Shown: positions 1-12,645 of the stretch, piece by piece
How positions within the stretch are numbered: the first letter of the stretch is position 1
How the letters are laid out: the number at the start of each line of letters is the position of its first letter
NCBI GenBank assembly: GCA_951406725.2
Contig: OX597823.1
Span: 17,546,001-17,610,000 of the forward strand
Direction of reading: 5' to 3'
From: Octopus vulgaris
Lineage: Eukaryota
DNA: 64,000 bases
Translations under genes and position numbers: made by a program
The notes under the pieces: model-generated
Told to the model about the DNA's origin: nothing
The model's database searches: none
The model's input: only the letters and a program-made list of their open reading frames with translations

Positions 1-305
1 AGCCTTCGGTGAAAACTGTTTCTACGGCAAAGCACGGAGGTACTTCTGTGGTATGGCGTAGATCTGACGGAAAACTTTTATACAATAACAACAACAACGG
101 CAGCAAAAGTAAAAACGAAAACAAAGAAAAACATCAATAAAAGAGAATATCAAACAGAAAGCCTTACAAACAAAAGCGGAAGTCTTCCCTCTATATATAC
201 ATGCACACTCATCAATCTCGCCATCTCATAGTCATGAGCGAAAGACATGGCCGCAGTGTCTTTCTTATGAGTAAGCCATAAGGCGCACGCGCACACACAC
301 ACGCG

Positions 306-337
<32 letters not shown>

Positions 338-725
338 CGCACAAACACACACACACTATGATACAAAGGCTCAAAACGAAGAAAGAAATCTACATAGGAA
401 AAGAGAACGAAAAACCAACTCCAAAATTCACGTGTGCACTTGACCCCTCCAGCCATTAACATTGCGCACACGCGCGTGCACGCGTTCACTCTCTTTTCCT
501 CTGTCTGTCTGTTTGTCTGTCTGTCCGTCTCTCAAGCACACACACATACACACGCAACCATATACGTACCTCTCTCTCTCTCCAAACTAAACCACTTTCA
601 TCCTTCTTCCCCACCTCACACACAATTAGATTATTCTCTGTGCCTTTCTTTCATTCTCGTTTCCTTTCTTACTTCCTAATTTTAATTTCTTTTGTATCTG
701 TGAATCTGTATCTGTCATACATACG

Positions 726-768
<43 letters not shown>

Positions 769-875
769 TTGTGAGTATCTCCGTATGTATGTATGTGTGT
801 GTGTATTAGGCCACCCCAATGTTTTGGGGTTCTGCTATCTCAATGTTAATGAAACTCGTGCACATGGTAAATTAT

Positions 876-1097
876 GGCGAGCTGGCAGAAACGTTAGCAC
901 ACCGGGCGAAATGCGTAGCCGTATTTTGTCTGCCATTACGTTCTGAGTTCAAATTCTGCCGAGGTCGACTTTGCCTTTCATCCTTTCGGGGTCGATAAAT
1001 TAAGTACCAGTTACGCACTGGCGTCGATGTAATCGACTTAATCCGTTTGTTTGTCCTCTCTGTGTTTAGCCCCTTGTGGGTAGTAAAGAAATAGGTA
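876..1097 (+). mobile_element. tRNA-derived SINE family A
   Basis: GGCGAGCTGGCAGAA head, GAGTTCAAATTC B-box, central GCCTTTCATCCTTTCGGGGTCGATAAATTAAGTACCAG; many copies in window. Confidence 0.85.
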
Positions 1098-1610
1098 TAT
1101 TGTGAAATATATATCTGGTTCACTCTCCTTTACCATCAATTACCATTTTTATACTGTACTGTACACATGCAACGAATTATGAGTAAGACCAACGTCCAAT
1201 ATTAACTTATGTTTCCTTGATTATTTCAGAATTTTATACTAAAATATGTTGTAGATACAGTTAATAAACAGAACAATGCATAAAACAAGGAAGTTGAGTG
1301 AGTGTGAGCGAAGTAAAATCGTAGCTCATCATGAAGATGGAATGTGTCAAAGGCAAATAGCCCAGAAGATGAAATGTTCTCTATGTGTAGTGCAAACGAC
1401 TCTCAAGCGCTTCAGAGAGACAAAAGATGTGAAGACAATACAAAGAACAGGTAGGAAAAAGGTTATATTACCTTGTGATGACAGGTCCATCATCCATCAG
1501 TCACTCAGAAACAGGTGAAAAAGGTCTCTGCATCGAATATGGAAAAATGTCTTCAATGGGCCAAAAGGCAATGGTCGAAAGTCATATGGTCTGATGAAAG
1601 TAACTATGAG

Positions 1611-1729
1611 GTAAGATAGTACACGTATTCAATCAGCATATAAACTTAATGTAACTGGTTTGTTGCCCAAAATATATAAAAAAAAGCATCCAACATAAAG
1701 CTAATATTATTTTTCATGTTTTTACTCAG
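1611..1729 (+). other. Phase-0 GT-AG intron (119 bp) inside the Tc1 transposase
   Basis: GAG|GTAAGA donor and TTTTTACTCAG|G acceptor; removal joins WSDESNYE to VFGTSGATFVCRRVGE in frame. Confidence 0.8.
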
Positions 1730-2228
1730 GTTTTCGGTACATCTGGTGCAACTTTCGTGTGTCGCAGAGTTGGGGAAGCATTTAAGGCTGAATATCTGGT
1801 ACCAACCGTAAAACGTAGCGGTGGTTCGATCATGGTGTGGTCCTGCATGTCTGCCACAGGACCCAGAGAAATGCTTCTATATCAGGGAAGGATGAATTCA
1901 GCTACCTATGTTTCTATGTTATCGGATGTTTTAGAGCCATCAATTGCTAAATTGCATCCAGGAGTGTCGGAAAGCAGTGTTATCTTTCAACAGGATAACC
2001 CTCCATGTCATACAGCAATGAAAATTCGTCAATGGCTTTAGGCACAAATTATTGTTCCCATGGACTGGGTAGCTCAATGTCCCAATCTAAATCCCATCAA
2101 ACTCCTATGGGGAACTCATGATGAACCTATCAGGAACAACAATTAAAAATAGAGAGCATTTGTACCAACAGTTGAGAGAAGAATGGAGTTAAATTGGCCT
2201 AATGCTTTTGGCCAAGGCTGTATATATA

Positions 2229-3104
2229 GACGTGGTCTGGTCAATAAGTATCCGGACTGTTGCCATAGTAACGAAACTAAAGCACGCACTGAAGCCTCTT
2301 GGCACAGATTGACCTTGAACACTGCTGTGCATGCGCACTAAGTTTTAACGTTCTACCTTACATCCGCTGTTTATAGCAGTGCTTGGAAGGAACGTGTGTA
2401 GCGTGTGATCGTCGCATTGACTATGAATATGCATAAACTTTTGCCAAAAGCTTGGTGATACCTGCTCAGAGGCCAACGCAACGTTGCAGAGAGAGAGAGT
2501 ATGGAGGGGAGTGTATGAGCCCCAAAAAAAATGTTGATTGTGACGAATGTTCTGGGAAACCCGCAACCAGCAGAACAGAGAAAAATATTGCAGATGCGTG
2601 TGCAGCTGTGAGGGGGAAATAGTGAAATCTCCATCCGTGAGTTATCAAAAGATGTGCAGATTAGTTACGGTTCAGTTCAGTCCATTATCACCGAAGATTT
2701 GGATATGAGACGCGTGTTTGTTAAGTTTTTGTCAAAACTACTTTCAGCTGACGCCGCAACTGCCCATTCAGCGCAGCTTGTGCATCAGTTTTTTTGCTAG
2801 ACACCAGCATTCCCCAGGTCCAATATCCACTATATTCTCCAGATCTCACCCCTTACAACTTTTCCTCTTTCCAATAATCAAATCCCGCTTGAAATGAAGA
2901 TTTCGGGACGTCGAGGAAATGAAAGTGAACGAGACGAGGCAGCTGCTGATTATCCCAGAAAACGAGTTCTGGGAATGCTTCCATCAATGGAAGCAGCGCT
3001 GGATTAGGTGTGTGGCATTCGAGGCAGATTAAATGCCAAATTGGTACGTGCTATAGTTTTGTTTTTATAGCACCAGACCGGATACTCATTGATCAGACCG
3101 CGTG
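2229..3104 (+). mobile_element. Internally deleted mariner element
   Basis: About 30-bp imperfect TIRs (GACGTGGTCTGGTCAATAAGTATCCGGACTG versus CACGCGGTCTGATCAATGAGTATCCGGTCTG) with TA flanks; relic peptides ICINFCQKLG, IRELSKDVQISYGSVQSIITEDLDMRRV, YSPDLTP. Confidence 0.9.
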
Positions 3105-3114
3105 TATATATGTA

Positions 3115-3160
<46 letters not shown>

Positions 3161-3169
<9 letters not shown>

Positions 3170-3377
3170 TAAGGGCTAAAGAAGGTTATTCTATAGCCAA
3201 TACACTGATTTATCCACTTATAATCCACTTGTAACAGGAAAATTGAACTGAAAGCGGGCAACTAACCTTTAGAAAATTTAAATTTCATTATCTCTATATT
3301 GAATCAATTTCGGAATTAATCCCTATAAAGGATACATTCTTCTTCAGTAGAGCTTACGATTTGAATATATATAGAAC

Positions 3378-3411
<34 letters not shown>

Positions 3412-4057
3412 GGGTGTGTGTGATAAAATACTCACATGTGATCATGGAAAAAGCAGAAGCTAAAAACACAACTACATGTATTGGCTATAGAATAACCTTC
3501 TTTAGCCCTTAATTATAAGATGTTTATACTTTGGTTGGTTGACCGTAATGGTTTTTATTTGACCCTGGCCGAAGCAGCAATTGTTGGGTTATTTTTAGAA
3601 ATGTTGTAAATATCCTTTGTCAGAGATTTTTATATTTTTATATTTCAATTGTCATCATCATCATTGTCGGCACCTTAATTATTGTTGCTAGTGGTGATGG
3701 TGGTGGCAATAGAACTTTTAACCCTAAATAAGATAATTTTCCTGCTATCTTCGTCTTGATCACCTTTAGTATTGTTGTTGTTGTTAGTGGTCATGGTCGT
3801 AGCAGTGGAAGTAATACCTCTAAGTATTATTATTATTGCTTATTTAGCTTGGGTTCGAATTTATCAATAAAATTCTTTTCTCTGATTTTCCTCTCGATTT
3901 CACTTGGGCTGTGTAATTTGTAGAATGGAAATATTATATATATTTTCCGACCACATGTTGCTAGGTGGTTACTCAAAGGTATCTGACGGACCTCTGGGTC
4001 TCTAATCTGTTGCCGGTGTACACGTGAGCGTTCTAATAGTGCGTTTCCCGTCTGACC

Positions 4058-4060
<3 letters not shown>
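3161..4060 (-). mobile_element. Penelope-like retroelement 3' fragment (GIY-YIG C-terminus plus inverted pseudo-LTR)
   Basis: Minus 4060-3835 translates VGQTGNALLERSRVHRQQIRDPEVRQIPLSNHLATCG..FPFYKL..IREKNFIDKFEPKLN; inverted repeat 3161-3204 / 3477-3518; flanked by (TA)n. Confidence 0.85.
3292..3352 (-). ncRNA. Type-I hammerhead ribozyme motif
   Basis: CTCTA CTGAAGA [AGAAT..ATCC..GGAT..ATTCC] GAAA TTGATTCAA TA TAGAG: stem I, core, stem II, near-palindromic stem III, AUA site. Confidence 0.75.
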
Positions 4061-4132
<72 letters not shown>

Positions 4133-4137
<5 letters not shown>

Positions 4138-4584
4138 TTAGATAAAACTTAGATATGTTTCGACCAGAGATTGGTCCAGGCCATGTCTATATATATATAT
4201 CCTGTTTAAGTCAAGTAAGTAGTGAGTTCTTGTTGGGTGAGTATCCAATTATATATCCAGACTATATGGGATCCTTTTCCTCTTTGATCTCCCTCGGGAC
4301 AATGTTAAATAGGGCAGGGCCTGTTGAGGAAAAGAAATTATGTTGCAGTGTACATGTATGTTGTGATCTTGAATTTGGCAGGGGACGTATAGCCCGTGGT
4401 CCAAGTCTTGGATGAACCTTGAAGCTAATGTTTAGGTCGTTTGGGCAAAGTTGGCGGTATATTTTCCACGTCGTACAAATGATGTACCGCTCACGGCGAC
4501 GCTGGAGGGAGTAAAGTTTCAAGGCTTTAAGGCGATCCCAATAATCGAGAGCAGCCATGCCTTCAATTTGTTTAGTGAGAGCCC
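4133..4584 (-). mobile_element. CR1/L2-group LINE 3' end (ORF2 C-terminus)
   Basis: LDYWDRLKALKLYSLQRRRERY..W..FFSSTGPALFNIVP motif; ends in a tandem ATCTAAGTTTT tail. Confidence 0.8.
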
Positions 4585-4611
4585 TAATATATATATTTAT
4601 ATATATATGTA

Positions 4612-4849
4612 TGTGTGGTAAGTAGCTTGTTTACCAGCCACATGGTTCCGGGTTCAGTCCCACTGCGTGGCATCTTGGGAAAGTGTCTTCTACTATAGCC
4701 CCGGGCCGACCAATGCCTTGTGAGTGGATTTGGTAGACGGAAACTGAAAGAATCCCGTCGTATATATGTATATATATATATATATGTATGTGTGTGTTTG
4801 TGTTTCTGTGTTTGTCTCCCTATATCGCTTGACAACCGATGCTGGTGTG
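4612..4849 (+). mobile_element. SINE family B (5' half)
   Basis: GTGGTAAGTAGCTTG..GGTTCAGTCCCACTGCGTGGCA..GGAAACTGAAAGAA..(TA)n(TG)n. Confidence 0.85.
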
Positions 4850-5560
4850 TACATACATAAATAAATACATACATACAGACACATATATACATACATAAAT
4901 AAATACATACATATACATATATATGTGTGTATAAATATATATATGCATTCATGCACAGACACATATATACATACATAAATAAATACATACATACATTCGT
5001 GCATACAAATATATACACATACATAGATGCATTGATAAATATATACATATATACCTGCATACATACATACATACATACATACATACTTACATACATAAAT
5101 AAATACATACATACATTCGTGCATACAAATATATACACATACATAGATGCATTGATAAATATATACATATATACATGCATACATACATACTTACACGTAT
5201 TCATAAATACATATATACATACATGCATAAACAGACGCATTCATAACTACATACATACTTACATACATACATTCATACATGCAAACATATATACATATAC
5301 AGACGTATTCATAGATACATACATACATTGATGCATACATGTATGCATACATACATACATACATACATACATACATACATACATACATACATACATACAT
5401 ACATACATACATACATACATACATACATACATACATAGACGCATTCATAAATGCATGCATACATTCATGCATACATACATGCATGCATGCATTCATACAT
5501 ACATACATACATGCATGCATTCATACATACATACATACCTGCATGCCTACATACACAAAT
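4850..5560. repeat. (TACA)n-rich low-complexity tract with an internal ~120-bp duplication
   Basis: Direct reading; produces the HTYI/MYVC pseudo-ORFs. Confidence 0.9.
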
Positions 5561-5626
5561 ACGTTGAGGCACGCCTACGCGAGTTGGATAAATTTGCTGA
5601 GAAACCATTTTCACTTTCTCAACGGC

Positions 5627-5627
<1 letters not shown>

Positions 5628-5658
<31 letters not shown>

Positions 5659-5687
5659 GTAATAATAATAATAATAATAATAACAAC

Positions 5688-5731
<44 letters not shown>

Positions 5732-5744
5732 CAATAACAACAAA

Positions 5745-5791
<47 letters not shown>

Positions 5792-5797
5792 TAATAA

Positions 5798-5828
<31 letters not shown>

Positions 5829-5860
5829 AATAATGTCAATAATAATAACAATAATAATCG
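5628..5860. repeat. (TAA)n microsatellite
   Basis: Direct reading. Confidence 0.95.
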
Positions 5861-6018
5861 TAGTATAGGTATTTGTCATAAAGAGTGAAACAAATACAAA
5901 ATATTTTAAACTGGCACAAAAAAAATGTTTTAGTGTACATGTACTGACAGAATATAAAGATGAAATATAAACAACAAGTAATATATACATAGGCATAAAT
6001 TCGCGACTCACACATACG

Positions 6019-6087
<69 letters not shown>

Positions 6088-6161
6088 GCATAAATTCGCG
6101 ACTCACACATACGCACCCCCCCCACACAAATATACATCTATCTCTCTCTCTCTCTCTCTTT

Positions 6162-6199
<38 letters not shown>

Positions 6200-6218
6200 T
6201 CAAGCATCTATGTATGCT

Positions 6219-6619
6219 GCTTGCTTATGAACCACATGGTACTGGGTTCAGTACCACTGTGTGGCACCTTGGGCAAGTGTCTTCTACTATAGCCTCGGGC
6301 CGACCAAAGCCTTTTGAGTGGATTTGGTCGACAGAAACTGAATGAAGCCCGTCGTATATATGTTTATATATATATATATATATATTATATGTATGTGTGT
6401 GTATATGTTTGTGTGTCTGTGTTCGTCCCCCCCATCATTGCTTGACAACCGATGCTGGTGTGTTTACGTCTTCGTCACTGGCGGTTCGGCAAAAGGAGCC
6501 GATAGAATAAGTACTAGACTTACAAAGAATAAGTCCTCTGGTCAATTTGCTTGACTAAAAGTGGTGCTCCAGCATGGCCGCAGTGAAATGACTGAAACAA
6601 GTAAAAGATTAAAAGAGTA
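6219..6619 (+). mobile_element. SINE family B
   Basis: Same head, body and GAAACAAGTAAAAGA tail as other copies. Confidence 0.85.
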
Positions 6620-6650
6620 TATGGTATATATGTATGTATATTATTGGTTT

Positions 6651-6686
<36 letters not shown>

Positions 6687-6999
6687 TACATACATACACA
6701 TACATACATACATACATACATACATACATACATACATACATGCATACATACATACATACATGCATATATACATAGATACAGACAGTCAGACAGACAGTGT
6801 TAGAAAGCAAGCTACTTTATTTCATAAAAATTTGCCATAAAGGCATTACAAAGAGTAGTTGCGGGTTGGACATATACATTGATGAGGTGAATGATGAAAT
6901 AAGGATGATATTGATGAGAGAAGTCAAAAAACGCCCGCCAAGTTTCCGCTTCTCTAAAACATTCTTCTTTTTTTCCAACAGAATAAACAAAGCAAAGTA

Positions 7000-9570
7000 T
7001 TGAACCTCTCACAACAGTTTTTACAGTTTTGGGACTTAATAGTTCATTACAAATATTAACATCCAAAAAATATTCAATATACAATCAACACTAGTCCATT
7101 TACAAATGAGGTGATGGGCCTCTTACACTTTATAACAGTGAGGCTTTTCAACCTCTTGTCAAGTTTTCACCTCAACGAGGTATTAAACATCTTACTACAG
7201 TTCTTACAATTATTGGACTTAATAGTCAATAATATGCAATTATATACAATGAAATATTCAATATATATAAAAGTAAGGTTGTGTGTCTGTCTACTCCGAT
7301 TTAGATTCCTAATTACTCCCACATTTTGCGGTGCAGTTTAACCAAAAGCGGGTATCTTATAGTCGTGATTCATATCGAGCCCTTCTGGCTATTAGCGCGC
7401 GTCTACGATGAGTCTACGATTTTAAAAATAATTTACCATAATTTTTTTCCATTTTAATGCATACTTTTTTTTAAATATAAGGGAAGTAACTCTCTAAAAA
7501 TGTCTACGATGAGTTAACGATTTAAAAAAAAATTTACCATTATATTTTTTCCATTTTTAATGCATTTTTTTGCTATTTTTTGTCTATAACTCTCTGAAAA
7601 TGCTTTATAGTTATTTCCCTTACAAACCCGAGCAACGCCGGGCGATACTGCTAGTTCAATATACAATCAACACTAGTCCATTTACAAATGAGGCGCTGAG
7701 CCTCTTACATATTACAACACTGAGGCTTTTCAACCTCTTGTCAATTTTCCACCTCATAATCGCTTGTGTCCGTATACTCCTCTATAGTCCATGCTTCGTT
7801 TAATATCAAGGCGGGCTCCGAGTTGGCGTCACCCGGCCACGAGCGATATTCCTCTTTTAGTCCCTCCAGCATTATAAACAGGCGCAACGTTATGACCTCC
7901 ACAGCTATCTGCGGAGGCCATTCGGGGTCCAAAGGTATTTCCTCGTAGTGTTCTTTCACTAACTTTTCCACCTCTCCGCCTCTATAAAAGAAAACCAACA
8001 GTTTATCGTCCATCAGGTTCGAGGGGGTCAATTTTACCGTTGGCGGCACAATTCCCGCCAGTGTTGTCTCTCCTCCTCCCCACCCTCCGGTGGCACAACC
8101 GCCGAGGTTCCGTGACACTCCGGCGTCATGTCTCCGACTGCCGTCAATGTCCCATTTATCCTCCTCTTCCTCTTTTTTTTCTTCTCGACTGGAGGAGGGT
8201 GCGTCTCCTCCGTGACTTGGAGATTCGCCTCTCCTCCCTCATCCCCAGGATCCTTCGGTGAGCACCCATTATTGCTCTCCTTCTTCCTTTTGCGGCTCTT
8301 CTTTGAGGAGTCCTCCGTCTCATCGGCCGCCTTCATTCCCTCCTCTACAGAGGTCTCCGTCAACTGCCCCGGGACTTTCCTTTACCCTTGAGAACAGTTC
8401 TTTTTATATGGCCAGGCTTCAAGCACCGATGACACTTATTGGGGGGGGCCTCAAGAATCACCGGATACCTAGACCCGGCCATTCTCAAAAAGTCTGGAAA
8501 TACCAGACTTTCGGCTGACTGGGTCCATAGGGTCAAAACAGCTTTTGACCCCTCCCAGTCGGCCGCAGGCAGAATATTTACGCTGAGGAGCTTGGCGCTA
8601 CAGCCATCCAGACCCCGGTGGATAGTATCTCCAATCCAGTGGGGCTCAACTCCGAGTGGCAAGCCGCAAACCCAAGCCCTCGTCAAACTCTTCTCACAAT
8701 AAGTGGGAAGAAACAAAATTTCCTTGCCCTCCAAGAGCTGACTTGCAAATTCATGGGCCACTTCTGGGGAGTCAAACAGCAACCACACGGTTGCGTATTT
8801 GACCCCCCCACCCCCGAGTGATAAACTTAATCGCTGGCTTAAATTCTGCCATCTCTTTTTCGATTATATCCTTTCTGAAAATGGCAATGGCGTCGAGGGT
8901 CCTAGAGTAGGTCCTCAAAACCACCGTCTTACTTTCAAGTTCTTTTAACCATTTTTCGGGTGGTGCAATTTCCCACTCCACCAACTTTTCAGTGTTATTT
9001 GCCATATTTGTTTTTTAAAAAGAGTCCAAAAATACAGTTGTTAAAATATAAAATAATTAAAAAAGCAGAAAGATGAGCAAAAAAATTCAAACAAAAGGAA
9101 CGAGAGAAAAAAATTAACAGTTCAATAAAGAGTTTTTTTTAGAAATAAAAAATAGAAGAGAGAGCAACACTTCAAACCACAGCAAAGGCCACTTGGTACT
9201 CCAGGCCAAAATTTTAACATAATTGTAAAACAGTTAAAAAATTATTCCAATCTTCTAGGTACTCCTTGACATGAACAATATTGTTGAAACACTATTTTCA
9301 AACAAAAAGTTTTTGGCAGGATACGCCCACCAAACCAATAATTTTAACAATTAAATGAATAATATTTTCACTGAGCCTCAGGCAGACTAGAGTCTAGTGA
9401 GGACTTCTTGTTTGTAAAAATAATTTGCAACATACAAAAGGCTCTCACTAGGCAAAAGGGGGTCTTACCTTACAGCTGAGTTTCAAAGGTCTTCAATTTA
9501 AGACGGCTTCAAAAGCACGCGTTACCACTTCTGTGTCAAACACAATTCTGTCTTGCTCATGCGCAATGAG
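7000..9570 (-). mobile_element. LINE-like element with a frameshifted ORF1 (gag-like, zinc knuckle) and no visible ORF2
   Basis: Overlapping minus ORFs 9005-7741 join into one protein with VCGLPLG..FPDFLRMAGSRYPVILEAPPNKCHRCLKPGH (C-x2-C-x4-H), an acidic/basic low-complexity region and a C-terminal domain; tandem ~185-bp 3' units at 7000-7760. Confidence 0.7.
7258..7654 (+). mobile_element. Non-autonomous Helitron
   Basis: 3' hairpin CCCGAGCAACGCCGGG then CTAG|T; near-identical to 13828-14223; interrupts a ~185-bp tandem unit. Confidence 0.8.
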
Positions 9571-9804
9571 GTAAGCAAGCTACTTACCACGCAGCCACTC
9601 CTACCCTATATGTATATATGTTGGGTAACGGCTTAAACCTACAGTCACAAACAATATGCTGCATTAAAACCGCGCGAAACAGGGTTTATTTAACGAGATA
9701 CCCTTTATGATATCGCCTGCACCGTGGGATGCACCATAGCCAGTTGTACAGTGTCCCACACACGAGGTATCGATGCAGGATATATATATGTATGTATATA
9801 TATA

Positions 9805-10333
9805 CGAGCAAAACGCCCCCCGTTCAATGGACGGTGCTGAGTTGTCAAACATTTAAACCGAATTTTCTCAAAACAACTTGTCCAACCGTCTCATAGGCCT
9901 CCCATTTGAGAAACACTGATTTAACCTAAATTTGAGACACCAGCAAAAGAAGAAATAAAGATAGAATTTTTTTCTATTTCAAAGAAAAACGATTTTATTC
10001 ACACAAATATGCAACCGAGGAGTTTAAAGTACCAGTGATGATAAGGCTGTGGACTGGGAGAACACAAACATGGTTTAAACAGTAAGCTTTGCAGGCAAGA
10101 AATGTGCCTTTAAGCAGTACAAAAGCAACAAAAATGGAAAAAAGGCAGGACAAAAACGGCTTTATCGTTCGCATTCTTACCTGGAATCGATTTTTGTAAC
10201 TTTTTCAAGACTTATACACGCCCCGATACCGTCGGTATCTATATATCAAATTTGAGCGCAATAGGATGGAGGATGCCCGAGATCCGAGAAGACACACACA
10301 CACACACACAGACAGAACGGATTTTATATAAGA
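9805..10333 (-). mobile_element. Non-autonomous Helitron-like element (family 2)
   Basis: Minus 5' TCTTATATAAAATCCGTTCTGTC; 3' hairpin CCGTCCATTGAACGG then CTCG|T; second copy at 37164-37532. Confidence 0.7.
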
Positions 10334-10349
10334 TATATATATATATATA

Positions 10350-10742
10350 TTTTAAAATTATAAGTATATGAAAGAATGGAGTTGAACGATGGGCTCCTTG
10401 AGAGCGGTCAGCTAAAAGTTTTTTGTGCATTTTGATGTCGACATAAGTTCCTTGATTTTCCTGATGAGAAATCTACATAATCGACTCCTTATTCCTTCGG
10501 AATTAGGAATATGCAGCCTTCGAAACATATGTCGAGAATAAAAGATATTTGTTAACTAGTCGTTCAACTCCATTCTTTCATATACTTATAATTTAAAAAT
10601 AAACATACAAATTTCCGCACGAAGACACGTAGTCTATGCCTTAGGGACGTAGCTTCAACCGTGTTCTTTCTGATGTGAATTTGCTACCCAGGTATCGGTT
10701 ATCTTTCGAATTATCCTTAATAAAATAATTCATTCAACTACT

Positions 10743-10746
<4 letters not shown>
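10350..10746 (+). mobile_element. Penelope-like pseudo-LTR fragment with inverted repeat
   Basis: 40-bp inverted repeat 10350-10389 / 10560-10599; internal hammerhead; (TA)n on both sides. Confidence 0.65.
10455..10539 (+). ncRNA. Type-I hammerhead ribozyme motif with long stem II insert
   Basis: ATTTTC CTGATGA GAA..(ATTCC TTC GGAAT)..TTC GAAA CATATG TC GAGAAT; GUC site; palindromic stem III. Confidence 0.8.
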
Positions 10747-10780
<34 letters not shown>

Positions 10781-10838
10781 AATATTTGTTGTGCAAGATT
10801 TGTTGGCTAAACTAATATGACCATTCCGAAATATAACA

Positions 10839-10916
<78 letters not shown>

Positions 10917-12092
10917 CGTGGTGTTACATCCTGCGGTGCTGTTCGCTTTTTCCCATTTCAGACACTTGGTCAGATCATGAACGTTTTCCTGCTTGAAGGA
11001 TTTGGAAATTTAGAAAGTATCTAACTTGGCACAACATCTCTATTTTTTTGATTATTGTTGAAGTCATGTATTTTCCAAATATATATTTAGGAGATGGGAG
11101 CGTCTTACTACGGTGAATATTCCAAGCATATTTGATATTGGTAATTTTCAATAACCATATGTGCAACCACAAACATCGTGAGTAAAATCAGGATACTGAC
11201 AGATGATACCTTACTTCCCTGAGATACTGCAAAGCATTTAACAGCAATTCAGTAAAAGCTATATATATCTGTTTGTATTACCTTTATTCCAAAATCTTAA
11301 TCGGAACAAAAAATTCTAGCAGCAAATACAGCTATTTCAATCCGAATATATCTTTAGAATTATGATAAGCCTCTCCAGTTGAACTCGACAGCCGAAAGCT
11401 ACAGAATTAGTGTAAGATCAACAGATTGTATGGAAATAGCATTTATCAGGTCAAGAGGAAATACTTTCATAATTCGTCATACATATTCAACATATTCAAA
11501 TATAAGGACAAAGTAACCCCACTTTCTATCAAAAGATACATAATATCCCAGGAAAAGATGCCAATATAAGATAAAACATCGTTAAGAAAGCAAGGTTTTA
11601 TAACGTATGCGACAATATGCGCAAATTATCTACGACCACGAAGTTTAAAAGTGCCCTCTCTACAGTTGCCAAATCTTCAGATTAAGAGAGATGAGACATT
11701 TTTCCCATCTTTGCACAGAAAGAAATTCAGTCTTGCAGCTTTGAAAATTCTGATGTCATACAAAGTGGAATTACAAATTGGGATCCAAATTTCAACAGAA
11801 GAAAAGAATATCACCTCCCCGTTAAAATTCAAAAAGAAAAAGTGTCTTAGATTGATTTCGCTTCGCAAAAAGATCACCATCATTATACTTGTAAGGAATT
11901 ATCTCTCCTAGGGAGAAATTTTCCTGTTAAATCCATGTACGGATTAAATCCATTAAATTCATTCCAATTAAATCTATGTCGTAGGATAATAAAGACGCTG
12001 TTGCGTCATTTGGGGTATTTTCAAGATCTACAAAGCTTTCACTTCTGAACAATCTTTGTCGCTTGATGAAAGGCGCAGTAGATAATTATACA

Positions 12093-12542
12093 TAAATTCC
12101 ACCACGGAAAATTCCACCAGGTAAATTTTACCACGGTATATTCCACCATGGTAAATTTCACCATAGGTGAAATTACTATTATTATTATTCAGTAGTTTTA
12201 TTTTTATATCGTGCTTTCACTTCACTACCGAGCGCAGCTCTGTGTGCTTTGGGTATGTACTGTGATTTGTTGTGATGCTCTTATGGTTATTGTATGGAAA
12301 GTGTTCTGCGTAGGATGTGTGCAGTGCCTAGTAGTGCAATTTTCTGTATGTTATATGTGTTTGTAAGTCCGAGTGTTTGAATATTTTTTTATCATGCCTA
12401 ATGCACCTACTATGATAGGAATTGTTTCTGTTTTCAGATTCCACATTCTGGTTACCTCTATTTCCAGGTCTTTGTATTTTGAGAGTTTCTCCATTTCTTT
12501 TAGAGACACGTTGTCATCTGTCGGTATTGATACATCAATTAG

Positions 12543-12607
<65 letters not shown>

Positions 12608-12609
12608 TA

Positions 12610-12645
<36 letters not shown>

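Larger units (their letters stand above)
804..2220 (+). mobile_element. Degraded Tc1-family DNA transposon (DD34E class) with intron-split transposase
   Basis: N-terminal HTH 1276-1518 (RKLSECERSKIV..GMCQRQIAQ..RTGRKK); WSKVIWSDESNYE; GGSIMVWSCM; FQQDNPPCH, then 34 residues to PNLNPI(K). Right end reads CAGCCTTGGCCAAAAGCATTAGGCCA on minus (ends 2220, then TA); partial left-TIR match TATTAGGCCA at 804-813. Stops and deletions present. Confidence 0.9.

Noticed and set aside
4584-6137. Long ORFs (218 aa, 172 aa, poly-I/poly-L, HTYI)
   Set aside because: Translations of TACA/TAA/CA microsatellites; the same applies to 14349-15265, 20500-20988, 27613-28410 and 40403-40888
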